From Dickeya dadantii NCPPB 898 (GTDB taxonomy: Bacteria; Pseudomonadota; Gammaproteobacteria; Enterobacterales; Enterobacteriaceae), in the NCBI RefSeq assembly GCF_000406145.1, contig NZ_CM001976.1, positions 4,641,577-4,673,576 of the forward strand: DNA of 32,000 bases, read 5' to 3'. Positions 15,101 through 24,557 of this stretch are shown here, one piece after another. The position numbers and the translations under genes were made by a program. Numbering within the stretch: the first letter of the stretch is position 1; the number at the start of each line of letters is the position of its first letter. The notes below the pieces were generated by a model. It saw nothing but the letters and a program-made list of their open reading frames with translations, did no database searches and was not told where the DNA came from.

Positions 15101-15293
15101 ATATCCGTCATATATCCGTCATACTTCAATTTTCAGGTGCGTTGATTTTATTACTCGCCCCCTGGGGCCGCAGTTGGCTGCATTCAGATCCGTTCCAGGC
15201 AGATTTGTCGCTCACCCCGGTCACTTACCTTGGTAAGCGCCCGGGGATTCGCTGCGTCGCCGCCGTCCTGCAACTCAAATTACTTTGGGTGTA
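15101..15293. repeat. ERIC (enterobacterial repetitive intergenic consensus) element, enlarged variant
   Basis: The core 15209-15252 (cgctcaccccggtcacttaccttggtaagcgcccggggattcgc) matches the remembered reverse complement of the ERIC2 primer (20/22) and the ERIC1R primer (17/22). The ends resemble the ERIC termini (ATATCCGTCATACTTCAA... and ...CTGCAACTCAAATTACTTTGGGTGTA). The terminal 11-mer ATATCCGTCAT is duplicated (15101-15122). Confidence 0.75.
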
Positions 15294-15358
15294 GACTCCT
15301 GTCTTCAGGCCAAATCCATTTTTGGGGCAATAAAACGACTAAGAAAAATCAGACAGAA

Positions 15359-16051
15359 TCAACAATAAGATACCGGGGAAGAAGACAGTTTTAATAACGC
15401 GTGGGCAGCCCCGACTACCTCGCTAAACGTATCAACAATCACCTGCGGTTCCGCCGCTTTTAACTGGTCGGTGGTATGAATCCCCCAGGTGACGCCAATA
15501 GCGGCCATGCCGGCCTGTTTCGCCATCAGCAAATCGTGCGTGGTGTCGCCCACCATCGCGGTGGTCGCCGCATCAGCGCCCAAACGGGACATCGCCAGCA
15601 GCCCCATTTCAGGATGCGGTTTGGGGTGCGCTACCATGTCCGCCCCCAGCACCAGATCGAAATACGACCATAATCCGGCCGCCTCCAGCAGCGCTTTCGC
15701 ACTGGCGAATACCTTGCTGGTGGCGACCGCCAGCGTATACCCTTGCCCTTTCAGCAGCGCCAGCCCCTCCACCACGCCGGGAAAGACCAGCCCCGGCGCC
15801 TGCGGCAGCACCTGCTCACGGAAAACGGCCTGATACTGCCTGACGGCGGCGGTTACCCTTTCATCCTCGACCGGCAACGCCAGAATCTGACCAAAGGCTT
15901 TTTCCAGCGGCAAACCGATAGTGGCGCGAATGGCGCGCCGGTCCTCAAACGGCATCGACAGATCGCGCAACGCCGTGATAAACGCGCTAACAATGCCGCT
16001 CGGCGTGTCGACCAGCGTGCCGTCCAGATCAAAAATCACAAGTGGTTTCAT
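15359..16051 (-). CDS. indB: HAD-superfamily phosphatase (indigoidine locus)
   Basis: The 230-aa ORF has HAD motif I FDLDGTLVDT and a late GDTTHD motif. It starts 12 nt downstream of the indA stop, with SD AAGGA. Confidence 0.9.
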   Translation of the reverse strand: MKPLVIFDLDGTLVDTPSGIVSAFITALRDLSMPFEDRRAIRATIGLPLEKAFGQILALPVEDERVTAAVRQYQAVFREQVLPQAPGLVFPGVVEGLALLKGQGYTLAVATSKVFASAKALLEAAGLWSYFDLVLGADMVAHPKPHPEMGLLAMSRLGADAATTAMVGDTTHDLLMAKQAGMAAIGVTWGIHTTDQLKAAEPQVIVDTFSEVVGAAHALLKLSSSPVSYC

Positions 16052-16062
16052 GAGACATATCC

Positions 16063-17013
16063 TTATGCCTGGTTTTGCTGCCGCAGATAGTCGATATGAG
16101 CGCAGGCCAGTTTGCCGGCCAGCGCGGCCGTACTGATCAGCACCGACATGTTGGCTTTGACCGTCTTTCCTTCCGTGGCTTTAGCGATGGCACGCATCAG
16201 ATAAGGCGTGGCGCCCGGCCCACGAATACCTTCATGCTCCGCCTGAAGGGCGGCTTCACGGATAATCGACTCCACCTCATCTGTGTCGATGGCGTCCTCT
16301 TCGCGAATAGGATGGGTAATCAACACCGAACTCTGGTTACCCAGCTTCCAGTGCATGTCGATGGAACGGGCAATGACCGTGGCGTCGTCCAGCCGATGGG
16401 GGCTGTGAAAACCGCTGGAACGACAATAAAAAGCGGGGAAATCGTCAGATTGATAGGAAATGATGGGGACGCACTGGGTTTCCAGATATTCAAGCGTCAA
16501 GCCAAGATCGAGAATACTCTTGGCGCCGGCGCACACCACCGCGACCCGGGAGCGGGTGAACTGGATCAGGTCGGCGGAAATATCCATCGACCGCTCGGCG
16601 CCGCGATGTACGCCGCCGATGCCCGCCGACGCAAAGAAAGGAATGCCGGCCAGATCCGCCGCCACCAGCGACGACGCCACGGTGGTCGCGCCCATGCCGC
16701 CTTGCGCCAGAATCACCGGAATATCACGGCTGCTGGCTTTTGGAATGCCCCTGGTCGAACCAAACCGTTCAAGATCGGCGTCCGACATGCCAATCAGAAA
16801 CCGGCCGTTTTCGATGCCGATCGTCGCAGGAATCGCCCCTTCGGCACGCACCGCGGCCTCAATCTTTCTGGCCGTAGCCACATTCTCAGGATAAGGCAGG
16901 CCGTGGGCGATCACGGTCGACTCCAGCGCCACCACCGGTTTACCGGAATGCAGCGCCTCCTTTACCTCATCACTAAACCGCAGTAAATCATGCGAAAAAT
17001 CCGTTTTAGACAT
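16063..17013 (-). CDS. indA: IndA / pseudouridine-5'-phosphate glycosidase (PsuG)-family protein
   Basis: The 316-aa ORF is strongly similar along its length to remembered E. coli PsuG/YeiN ([13 protein letters not shown]..., [11 protein letters not shown]...[27 protein letters not shown]). Confidence 0.95.
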   Translation of the reverse strand: MSKTDFSHDLLRFSDEVKEALHSGKPVVALESTVIAHGLPYPENVATARKIEAAVRAEGAIPATIGIENGRFLIGMSDADLERFGSTRGIPKASSRDIPVILAQGGMGATTVASSLVAADLAGIPFFASAGIGGVHRGAERSMDISADLIQFTRSRVAVVCAGAKSILDLGLTLEYLETQCVPIISYQSDDFPAFYCRSSGFHSPHRLDDATVIARSIDMHWKLGNQSSVLITHPIREEDAIDTDEVESIIREAALQAEHEGIRGPGATPYLMRAIAKATEGKTVKANMSVLISTAALAGKLACAHIDYLRQQNQA

Positions 17014-17132
17014 AATATTCTCTCATCCTGGGCGATTATGTCAGGTTATATCCGGACGATGTCGTTCCCGCAGACGCAGGTATGACTCACGTCTGGTATC
17101 AATGACATAGTAATCATTGGTTTCACGATATC

Positions 17133-17165
17133 ATCGATAATAATACATCCTGAATTATTATCGAT
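17133..17165. promoter_or_regulatory. Perfect 12-bp inverted repeat in the indA upstream region (candidate operator)
   Basis: ATCGATAATAAT (17133-17144), a 9-nt spacer, then ATTATTATCGAT (17154-17165). It lies 120-150 bp upstream of the indA ATG, inside a stretch that looks very AT-rich by eye. Confidence 0.4.
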
Positions 17166-17358
17166 TCGTATTTAAGCGCTAGTGGATTATTTTCATCGAC
17201 CAGCACATAACATCTTCATTAAATTAAAAAACGTTTTTCCTGTCTGCAAGATATTGGCTATTGATACGATAACCTAAATTTATTAAGCAATATGTATATT
17301 ACTTTAACATTTCATGTCCAAGATTATTTTGTGATATGCAACACAAAAAAAATATTAT

Positions 17359-18252
17359 TTATTTTATCACACAGTCAGATTGTTCCAGCGGCTTCACTTT
17401 TTTTCTTCTGCTAAATAACGAAATATCCTGCACAATAATAAGTGCCGAGAAAATGAATACCACTCCGACCAATTGCGCGCCGGAAAGCCCTTGCTGCAAA
17501 AATAAAAATCCCAGCAGCAGCGCGACCAGCGGGCTGAGAAAACCCAGCAGCGACATAATCACGGGCGAATTAGCTTCAAGACCAGAAAACCACATGAAAT
17601 AGGCCAGCAAAGAACCGGGAATCGCCAGATACAAATAGCCGGCAAGGTTGGTCAGGGTCACCAGGTCCGGCAATGGTTCCGTCAGCATCTGTACAGGCAG
17701 AATCACCAGCCCACCGCAAAACAGCTGCCAGCCGGTAAACGTCAGCATCGTCATTCCGGCCGGTCGGCCCCATTTTTTGGTCAGCACCAGACCGGACGCC
17801 ATACTCATCGTCGCCAGCGCCGACGCCACCAGCCCGGCGGGGTTCAGCGGCGCTTTCGGCAGCGAAATCAGCAGCACAATACCGATGCCGCCGGCTACGG
17901 CCGCCACCATCTGCTTTTTCAGCACCGGCTGCGTCAGCAACAGGAAAGACAGCAGGATCACGATCAGCGGCTGAAGCGACCCCACCAGCGCCACCACGCC
18001 ACCAGGCAGGCGATAGGCGGCAAAAAACAGCATCACAAAAAACACGCCGATATTAAGCGCGCCCAGCACAAACAGGCGCCACAGCCAGCCGACCGGCGGC
18101 AGGTTTTTACCGAGAATGAGAATAATACCAGCCGGTAGCGCCCGGATCAGGGCCGCCAGCAGCGGCTTATCGGCAGGAAGAAACTGAGTGGTGACAAAGT
18201 AGGTCGTTCCCCAAACACAGGGAGCGTAAAAAGCGAAATCTTTTAATTTCAC
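17359..18252 (-). CDS. pecM: EamA/DMT-family membrane transporter
   Basis: The 297-aa ORF is hydrophobic with a 10-TM-like pattern. It starts at GTG with SD GAGGAAGG. It is divergent from pecS, as in the Dickeya pecS-pecM locus. Confidence 0.9.
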   Translation of the reverse strand: MKLKDFAFYAPCVWGTTYFVTTQFLPADKPLLAALIRALPAGIILILGKNLPPVGWLWRLFVLGALNIGVFFVMLFFAAYRLPGGVVALVGSLQPLIVILLSFLLLTQPVLKKQMVAAVAGGIGIVLLISLPKAPLNPAGLVASALATMSMASGLVLTKKWGRPAGMTMLTFTGWQLFCGGLVILPVQMLTEPLPDLVTLTNLAGYLYLAIPGSLLAYFMWFSGLEANSPVIMSLLGFLSPLVALLLGFLFLQQGLSGAQLVGVVFIFSALIIVQDISLFSRRKKVKPLEQSDCVIK

Positions 18253-18447
18253 GAGTGAACCTTCCTCAAACTATGCCTGTCAAAAGCAGAGGCCAGTTTA
18301 CCAACCCCTTGCTCAGCCTGAGGCGTACCGCCTCCCTGGCCGTACAGAAGGGCGCACATCCATGTGCAGTTCTCCTGACTTACTCACTTTTGATCTTCCC
18401 GTATCTTGACGCATCACATCCTGTGACACCGATGAACAACACTGTAT

Positions 18448-18474
18448 ATTACGATTTCGTAATATACGCATACG
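18448..18474. promoter_or_regulatory. Candidate PecS (MarR-type) operator in the pecS-pecM intergenic region
   Basis: ATTACGAttTCGTAAT (18448-18463) is a perfect 7-bp inverted repeat. The stretch 18452-18474 (CGATTTCGTAATATACGCATACG) matches the remembered PecS consensus CGANWTCGTATATTACGANNNCG at 19 of 23 positions. Confidence 0.55.
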
Positions 18475-18610
18475 TAATTAGTATGTCAATAACATCTGAC
18501 ATTGAATATTTCTTTCCGGAATATTACAGTAGGGTTGATCGCGTAATGGTATTGACCTACGCCTTAATAAAAAGGAATGGTTTTTTATATTAATCAAGGA
18601 TATCTAGTTA

Positions 18611-19111
18611 ATGGCACGCTACCTGGAAGTATCAGATATTGTTCAACAATGGCGCAATGAGCGCCCCGACCTCGATGTCGAGCCCATGCTGGTGATTGGC
18701 ACCCTGTCCCGTGTCAGTCTGCTGATTGACCGCGCCCTGGACAAGGTATTCAGCAAATACAAACTGAGCGCCCGCGAGTTCGACATTCTGGCGACCCTGC
18801 GCAGACGAGGCGCGCCTTATGCCATCAGCCCGTCTCAGATCGTCAACGCACTGATGATCAACAACAGCACCCTGACCAGCCGGCTGGACAGGTTGGAGCA
18901 GGCTGGTTGGCTGCGTCGGATGCCGATTGAAGGCGACCGCCGTTCGGTCAACATCCAACTGACCGATGAGGGGTTTGCCCTGATCAATCGGGTGGTGGAA
19001 GAGCATGTGGAAAATGAACGCGACATTCTCTCGCCGTTCAGTGAAGAAGAAAAAACCCATCTGCGCGCCCTGCTGGGACGTGTTGAAAAACACCTGGTGA
19101 ACAACCGCTAA
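18611..19111 (+). CDS. pecS: MarR-family transcriptional regulator PecS
   Basis: The 166-aa ORF has a MarR winged-helix core (...LSAREFDILATLRRRG...SPSQIVNALMINNSTLTSRLDRLEQAGWLRR...GDRRSV). It is divergent from pecM and adjacent to indABC. Confidence 0.95.
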   Translation: MARYLEVSDIVQQWRNERPDLDVEPMLVIGTLSRVSLLIDRALDKVFSKYKLSAREFDILATLRRRGAPYAISPSQIVNALMINNSTLTSRLDRLEQAGWLRRMPIEGDRRSVNIQLTDEGFALINRVVEEHVENERDILSPFSEEEKTHLRALLGRVEKHLVNNR

Positions 19112-19156
19112 TGTTCAGGTGACATCGCGGTCTGGCGGCAAAAGACGTCGGGCACT

Positions 19157-19186
19157 AAAAAGGGCATCCAGACGGATGCCCTTTTG
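19157..19186. terminator. Bidirectional rho-independent terminator between pecS and argG
   Basis: AAAAA-GGGCATCC(19162-19169)-agac-GGATGCCC(19174-19181)-TTTT, with an A-tract on one side and a T-tract on the other. Confidence 0.8.
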
Positions 19187-19206
19187 TCGTTACATTCAGG
19201 CTGCGA

Positions 19207-20613
<1,407 letters not shown>

Positions 20614-20692
20614 TTACGCAATGTCTGGTCATGCATTGAGACGCGCACGACACGGCGCCATCAGAATCGACTGCGGTGAACCACCGCGCATC

Positions 20693-20731
20693 AATGCATA
20701 TTTATGCAAAATTTATGATTGATAATTTAAA
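20693..20731. promoter_or_regulatory. Tandem ARG boxes (ArgR operator) upstream of argG
   Basis: AATGCATATTTATGCAAA (20693-20710), then att, then TATGATTGATAATTTAAA (20714-20731). Compare the consensus wnTGAATwwwwATTCAnw, two boxes 3 bp apart. The site lies about 140 bp upstream of the argG ATG. Confidence 0.6.
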
Positions 20732-20883
20732 CATCTTTTCCGGCGGACCGGAAGAGAGGAGGCGGATTTTCAGGAAAAAAATTCGCTACGGCAACGTCCG
20801 GCCCCAAGGCAGGGCCAAAAAGCCGCCGTTTTTCACGCTGCCGGCACCGCTGTTTTATATTGCTGCGTTATAAAGCAACGCGG

Positions 20884-21795
20884 CTATAACGGCAAACGCG
20901 CCCAGCCATGAAGCAGCATATACACGCCCACTACTGCGATCAGCAGGCTGGAGAAATAGGGCGCACGACGCATCAACGTGGCAAATCCCGGCCAGCGGCG
21001 GCTGGCCCGCTGCACGCTGAGCGCTGCGCCGACCCCTACGGCCACCAGCGTCAACGCCAGCCCGATACTGAAACACACTACCAGCGCCGCCCCCAGCGTA
21101 AAAGCCTTCACCTGAATACATAACAGCAGCACCGTGATGGCCGCCGGGCAGGGAATCAGCCCGCCGGTCAGGCCAAACAGCAGAATTTGTCCGTTGGTCG
21201 CTTCCCGGTTGGCGAAACGCTGGCGTATCTCATTAGCGTGCGCTCGCTCATGCGCATCCTGATACTCATCATGAGCCAGTGCGTGGTCATGCGGATGCCC
21301 GGCGTGAGGGTGGCCGTGATTATGCTCATGGTGATGATGGGCATGTTCGTGATGGTCATCGTGATGATGACTGCCGTGGTGATGCTCGTGGTGGTGATGG
21401 TGATGATCATGGCCGTGGTCATGGCTATGCTGATGTTGCCGCCATGCTCGCTCGTCGCGCCAGGTACGCCAGAACATCCAGATAGCGGTCCCCAGAATAA
21501 TGATGCCGGAAATAAACTGCAGCCAGGGTTCGGCGGATTCAGCGGTAAATTGCTGGCTCAGGTACATACCGCCCAGCGCAATCAGCCAGACTACCGCAGT
21601 ATGAGATAACGTAGCGGCAACCCCCAGCATCACCGCCTGTTTCACCGTGCCGCGAATCGCCACGATAAACGCCGCCATCATGGTCTTGGAATGCCCCGGC
21701 TCCAGGCCATGCAACGCGCCTAACAGTACCGCACTGGGAATAAACAGCCAGGCGTTAGCCACGCCCTGCTGCAAAAGTAAGGAAAAATCCGTCAT
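20884..21795 (-). CDS. rcnA: nickel/cobalt efflux protein RcnA (His-rich loop)
   Basis: The 303-aa ORF resembles E. coli RcnA (LHGLEPGHSKTMMAAF..., LFGLTGGLIPCPAAITVLL). It has a long His/Asp-rich central loop. Confidence 0.95.
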   Translation of the reverse strand: MTDFSLLLQQGVANAWLFIPSAVLLGALHGLEPGHSKTMMAAFIVAIRGTVKQAVMLGVAATLSHTAVVWLIALGGMYLSQQFTAESAEPWLQFISGIIILGTAIWMFWRTWRDERAWRQHQHSHDHGHDHHHHHHEHHHGSHHHDDHHEHAHHHHEHNHGHPHAGHPHDHALAHDEYQDAHERAHANEIRQRFANREATNGQILLFGLTGGLIPCPAAITVLLLCIQVKAFTLGAALVVCFSIGLALTLVAVGVGAALSVQRASRRWPGFATLMRRAPYFSSLLIAVVGVYMLLHGWARLPL

Positions 21796-21849
21796 AGTTA
21801 GCGTCCGAATCAGGCGGTCGGAGGGCGGCCTGGAAGTGAAATGATGAAA

Positions 21850-21870
21850 ATATACTATACCCCAGTATAT
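21850..21870. promoter_or_regulatory. Candidate RcnR operator in the rcnA-rcnR intergenic region
   Basis: ATATACT-ATACCCC-AGTATAT has 7-bp perfect arms. The bottom strand reads TACTGGGGTATAGTA. Compare the remembered E. coli RcnR site TACT-G6-N-AGTA. Confidence 0.6.
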
Positions 21871-21893
21871 GACCAGACAAGACGGGAGCCGCC

Positions 21894-22172
21894 ATGCCGC
21901 ATACCATTAATGAAAAAAAGAAACTGCTGACGCGCGTCAGACGCATCAAAGGTCAGACGGAAGCGCTGGAAAAAGCGTTGGACGGAGGGGGACGCTCATG
22001 CCTGGAAATTCTGCAGCAGATCGCCGCCATTCGGGGAGCGGTGAACGGGTTGATGGGGGAGGTGCTGGAAGGCCACATCCGCGACCATCTGATGAATGAA
22101 GAAGCGGACCCGGCGGAACGCGCCACCGATCTGGAAGCGATCGTGACGGTGATTCGTTCCTATATGAAGTAG
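21894..22172 (+). CDS. rcnR: RcnR/CsoR-family Ni/Co-responsive repressor
   Basis: The 92-aa ORF starts with MPHTI.... Its central LQQIAAIRGAVNGLM block is identical to remembered E. coli RcnR. It is divergent from rcnA. Confidence 0.93.
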   Translation: MPHTINEKKKLLTRVRRIKGQTEALEKALDGGGRSCLEILQQIAAIRGAVNGLMGEVLEGHIRDHLMNEEADPAERATDLEAIVTVIRSYMK

Positions 22173-22201
22173 CGTGTAATGAAGTAGCCTGTATGAAGTG
22201 A
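22164..22201 (+). repeat. Tandem duplication (about 2.6 copies of a 14-15 bp unit) of the rcnR stop-codon region
   Basis: ATGAAGTAGCGTGTA / ATGAAGTAGCCTGT / ATGAAGTGA, read directly. The first unit contains the rcnR codons M-K-stop. Confidence 0.9.
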
Positions 22202-22433
22202 TTGGCTAAAATAGCCGACCCCACGCAACCGGTCGCCATCGTCCATGCCTTACCGGGCGGCGATCACGGCATGAAGGGAGCGAGTATAGCGCTGTTTATC
22301 GCCAGCACGGGCGAGCAAACATCGATTACGCGACCCACCACTCAATATTGAAACGATATTTCATTTTAAACAGGTTTCTTTGCTATCCTCGGCCGCACAG
22401 ATGTTCCTCCCTTTGATGATTGCTGGAGATACC

Positions 22434-23009
22434 ATGGCCAAGAACGTCGCCATTCTTTTAGCTCCCGGATTCGAAGAAGCGGAAGCAATTATGGTGATCG
22501 ATGTGCTGCATCGCACAAAACTGGACGTCACCCTGCTTTCCTGTCACGACCGGCTGGAGCTGCACAGTTACCACAATATCCGCATGTTCGCGGATGCCCT
22601 GCTGGAAAGAAATATGGACCGGCTGTTCGATGCCGTGGTGATTCCGGGCGGTCCGCAGGGCACGGTAAACCTGGCCGCCAATCCGCTGGTGACGGAGTTT
22701 ATTCGCCGCCATGACGAAGCCGGCAAGCTGATTTGCCCGCTGTGCTCGGCGGCTGCCAGGGTGCTGGGCGGCAACCAGTTGCTGAAAGGACGCCGCTACG
22801 TCTGCTCCGGCGATCTGTGGAAAGACGTGACCGACGGCGTGTATGTCGACCAGAAAGTGGTGGAAGACGGCAATCTGATCAGCGGCAAAGGACTTGGCGT
22901 CGCGTTTGATTTCGCGTTCACGCTTGCCAGCCGACTGAGCGAAGATCGCGATGATGTGAACTTCCAGGTCGAGCATATCTATTACGACTACTGGCGCGTG
23001 CCCGCCTGA
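22434..23009 (+). CDS. DJ-1/PfpI (ThiJ)-family protein
   Basis: MAKNVAILLAPGFEEAEAIMVIDVL..., VVIPGGPQG and the nucleophile-elbow-like ICPLCSAAA fit the family. The ATG at 22434 follows GGAGA. The track start at 22380 (TTG) adds 18 poorly supported codons. Confidence 0.8.
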   Translation: MAKNVAILLAPGFEEAEAIMVIDVLHRTKLDVTLLSCHDRLELHSYHNIRMFADALLERNMDRLFDAVVIPGGPQGTVNLAANPLVTEFIRRHDEAGKLICPLCSAAARVLGGNQLLKGRRYVCSGDLWKDVTDGVYVDQKVVEDGNLISGKGLGVAFDFAFTLASRLSEDRDDVNFQVEHIYYDYWRVPA

Positions 23010-23020
23010 ATCAACGCCCT

Positions 23021-23043
23021 GTGACGGCGCGCTGCGCCGTCAC
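23021..23043 (+). terminator. Hairpin downstream of the DJ-1-family gene
   Basis: GTGACGGCGC-gct-GCGCCGTCAC is a perfect 10-bp stem. No U-tract follows, so its terminator function is uncertain. Confidence 0.35.
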
Positions 23044-23164
23044 GCCCTCCTGCCGCACGCCGATGAGACCCGCCGCTTATTCGTACCACGGCAGCGGCCG
23101 CACCCCATAACGGCCGAACCTCATACAGAAGCGCCGTCCACCAGGTTATTCGCCACCCGCCCGA

Positions 23165-24370
23165 TCATTCATTGTCATACCGACTGTCGCCATAGCCGCC
23201 TTCACCATAGCGCTCGCGATATTCGCGCGGCGTCAGATCGTAATCCTTTCGAAACACGGAATAGAAATACGGCAGCGAGGGATAACCGCACATAGACGAA
23301 ATCTCGTTGATCGACAGCGACGTAGACACCAGCAAATTTCTCGCCCGCTCCAGTTTTTCGGTGTGGATCATGCCGTGAATGGTCTGCCCGGTTTCATCCT
23401 TGAAGCGCTTTTCAAGGTTGGAACGCGACAACCCGACCGCATCCAACACCTGCTCCACCTTGATGCCTTTACAGGCATGATGACGGATGAAATGCATCGC
23501 CTGAATCACCGCCGGGTCGTGCACCGAACGGTAATCGGTCGAACTGCGCTCCACCACCCGCAGCGGCGGCACCAGAATGCGCTGCAACGGCAGCGCATAA
23601 GGCGTCAGCAGCAGTTGGTGCAACAGCTTGGCAGCGCGATACCCCATCTGCCGCGTTCCCTGCGCCACCGAAGATAGGGCGACGCGCGACAGGTAGCGGG
23701 TCAGTTCTTCGTTGTCGATACCGATCACGCATAGCTTTTCCGGCACTGCGATGTTCAGGTGCTCGCACACCTGCAACAGGTGGCGGGCGCGAGCGTCCGT
23801 CACCGCGATGATGCCGGTTTGCGGCGGCAGGGTCTGGACCCAGTCCGCCAGCCGGTTCTGGGCATACTGCCAGTTGCCCGGCGATGTCTCCATGCCCTGA
23901 TACACCACGCCCTGATACTGCTCCGCCGCCACCAGTTGCCGAAAGGCGTGCTCCCGCTCCTGCGCCCACCCTTTCCCCACCGATGCCGGCAGGCCGTAAA
24001 ACGCGAACCGGTTCAACCCTTTATTCTTCAGATGCAAAAACGCGCTCTCTACCAGCGCGGAATTGTCAGTGGCGATGTAATGCACCGGCGGATAATCCTG
24101 CGGACAGTGATAAGAACCGCCCACACCCACCAGCGGCACCCGCACCCCGGACAGCAACGCGATAATCGCCGGATCGTCGAAATCTGCGATTACGCCATCC
24201 CCCAGCCAGTCGCGGATATTGTCGATACGACAGCGAAAATCCTCCTCGATGAAGATATCCCAGTCGCACTGAGACGCCTGCAGGTACTCACCTACACCCT
24301 CAACCACCTGCCGGTCGTATACTTTGTTGGCATTGAACAGCAACGTAATACGGTAGCGTTTCTCAAACAT
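23165..24370 (-). CDS. xylR: xylose operon regulator XylR (AraC family with a PBP-like sensor domain)
   Basis: The 401-aa ORF is collinear with remembered E. coli XylR (RITLLFNANK.YDRQVVEGVGEYLQASQ..., ...GYPSL.YFYSVF). Confidence 0.95.
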   Translation of the reverse strand: MFEKRYRITLLFNANKVYDRQVVEGVGEYLQASQCDWDIFIEEDFRCRIDNIRDWLGDGVIADFDDPAIIALLSGVRVPLVGVGGSYHCPQDYPPVHYIATDNSALVESAFLHLKNKGLNRFAFYGLPASVGKGWAQEREHAFRQLVAAEQYQGVVYQGMETSPGNWQYAQNRLADWVQTLPPQTGIIAVTDARARHLLQVCEHLNIAVPEKLCVIGIDNEELTRYLSRVALSSVAQGTRQMGYRAAKLLHQLLLTPYALPLQRILVPPLRVVERSSTDYRSVHDPAVIQAMHFIRHHACKGIKVEQVLDAVGLSRSNLEKRFKDETGQTIHGMIHTEKLERARNLLVSTSLSINEISSMCGYPSLPYFYSVFRKDYDLTPREYRERYGEGGYGDSRYDNE

Positions 24371-24557
24371 GGCGATACGTTCTCTTCAGACAGTGCGTGG
24401 TGGGCGTCGTCGCTTCTCCGGGCGAAATCCGGCACGAAAATCGGCCTTCCGCCTAAATAGCACGGCCGACCGGTAGCCCAAAAATAATTTCCTTACTTTG
24501 CGAACTGTCTCGCTCATTTTGCCGTGGATGTCCTGTCATCCCTGCCATCCACAGCAT

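Noticed and set aside
18255-18593. A 112-aa + ORF filling the pecM-pecS intergenic region.
   Set aside because: It covers the divergent promoter and operator region, has no SD and has odd composition. The known locus architecture has no gene here.
21270-21440. A highly repetitive CAT/CAC/GAT-rich stretch that looks like a repeat array.
   Set aside because: It is the in-frame His/Asp-rich metal-binding loop of RcnA. It is coding low complexity, not a CRISPR array or a non-coding repeat.
22380-22433. A TTG start 18 codons upstream of the DJ-1-family gene.
   Set aside because: The ATG at 22434 has a GGAGA SD and yields the family-typical N-terminus (MAKNVAILLAPGFEE...). The upstream extension is not supported.
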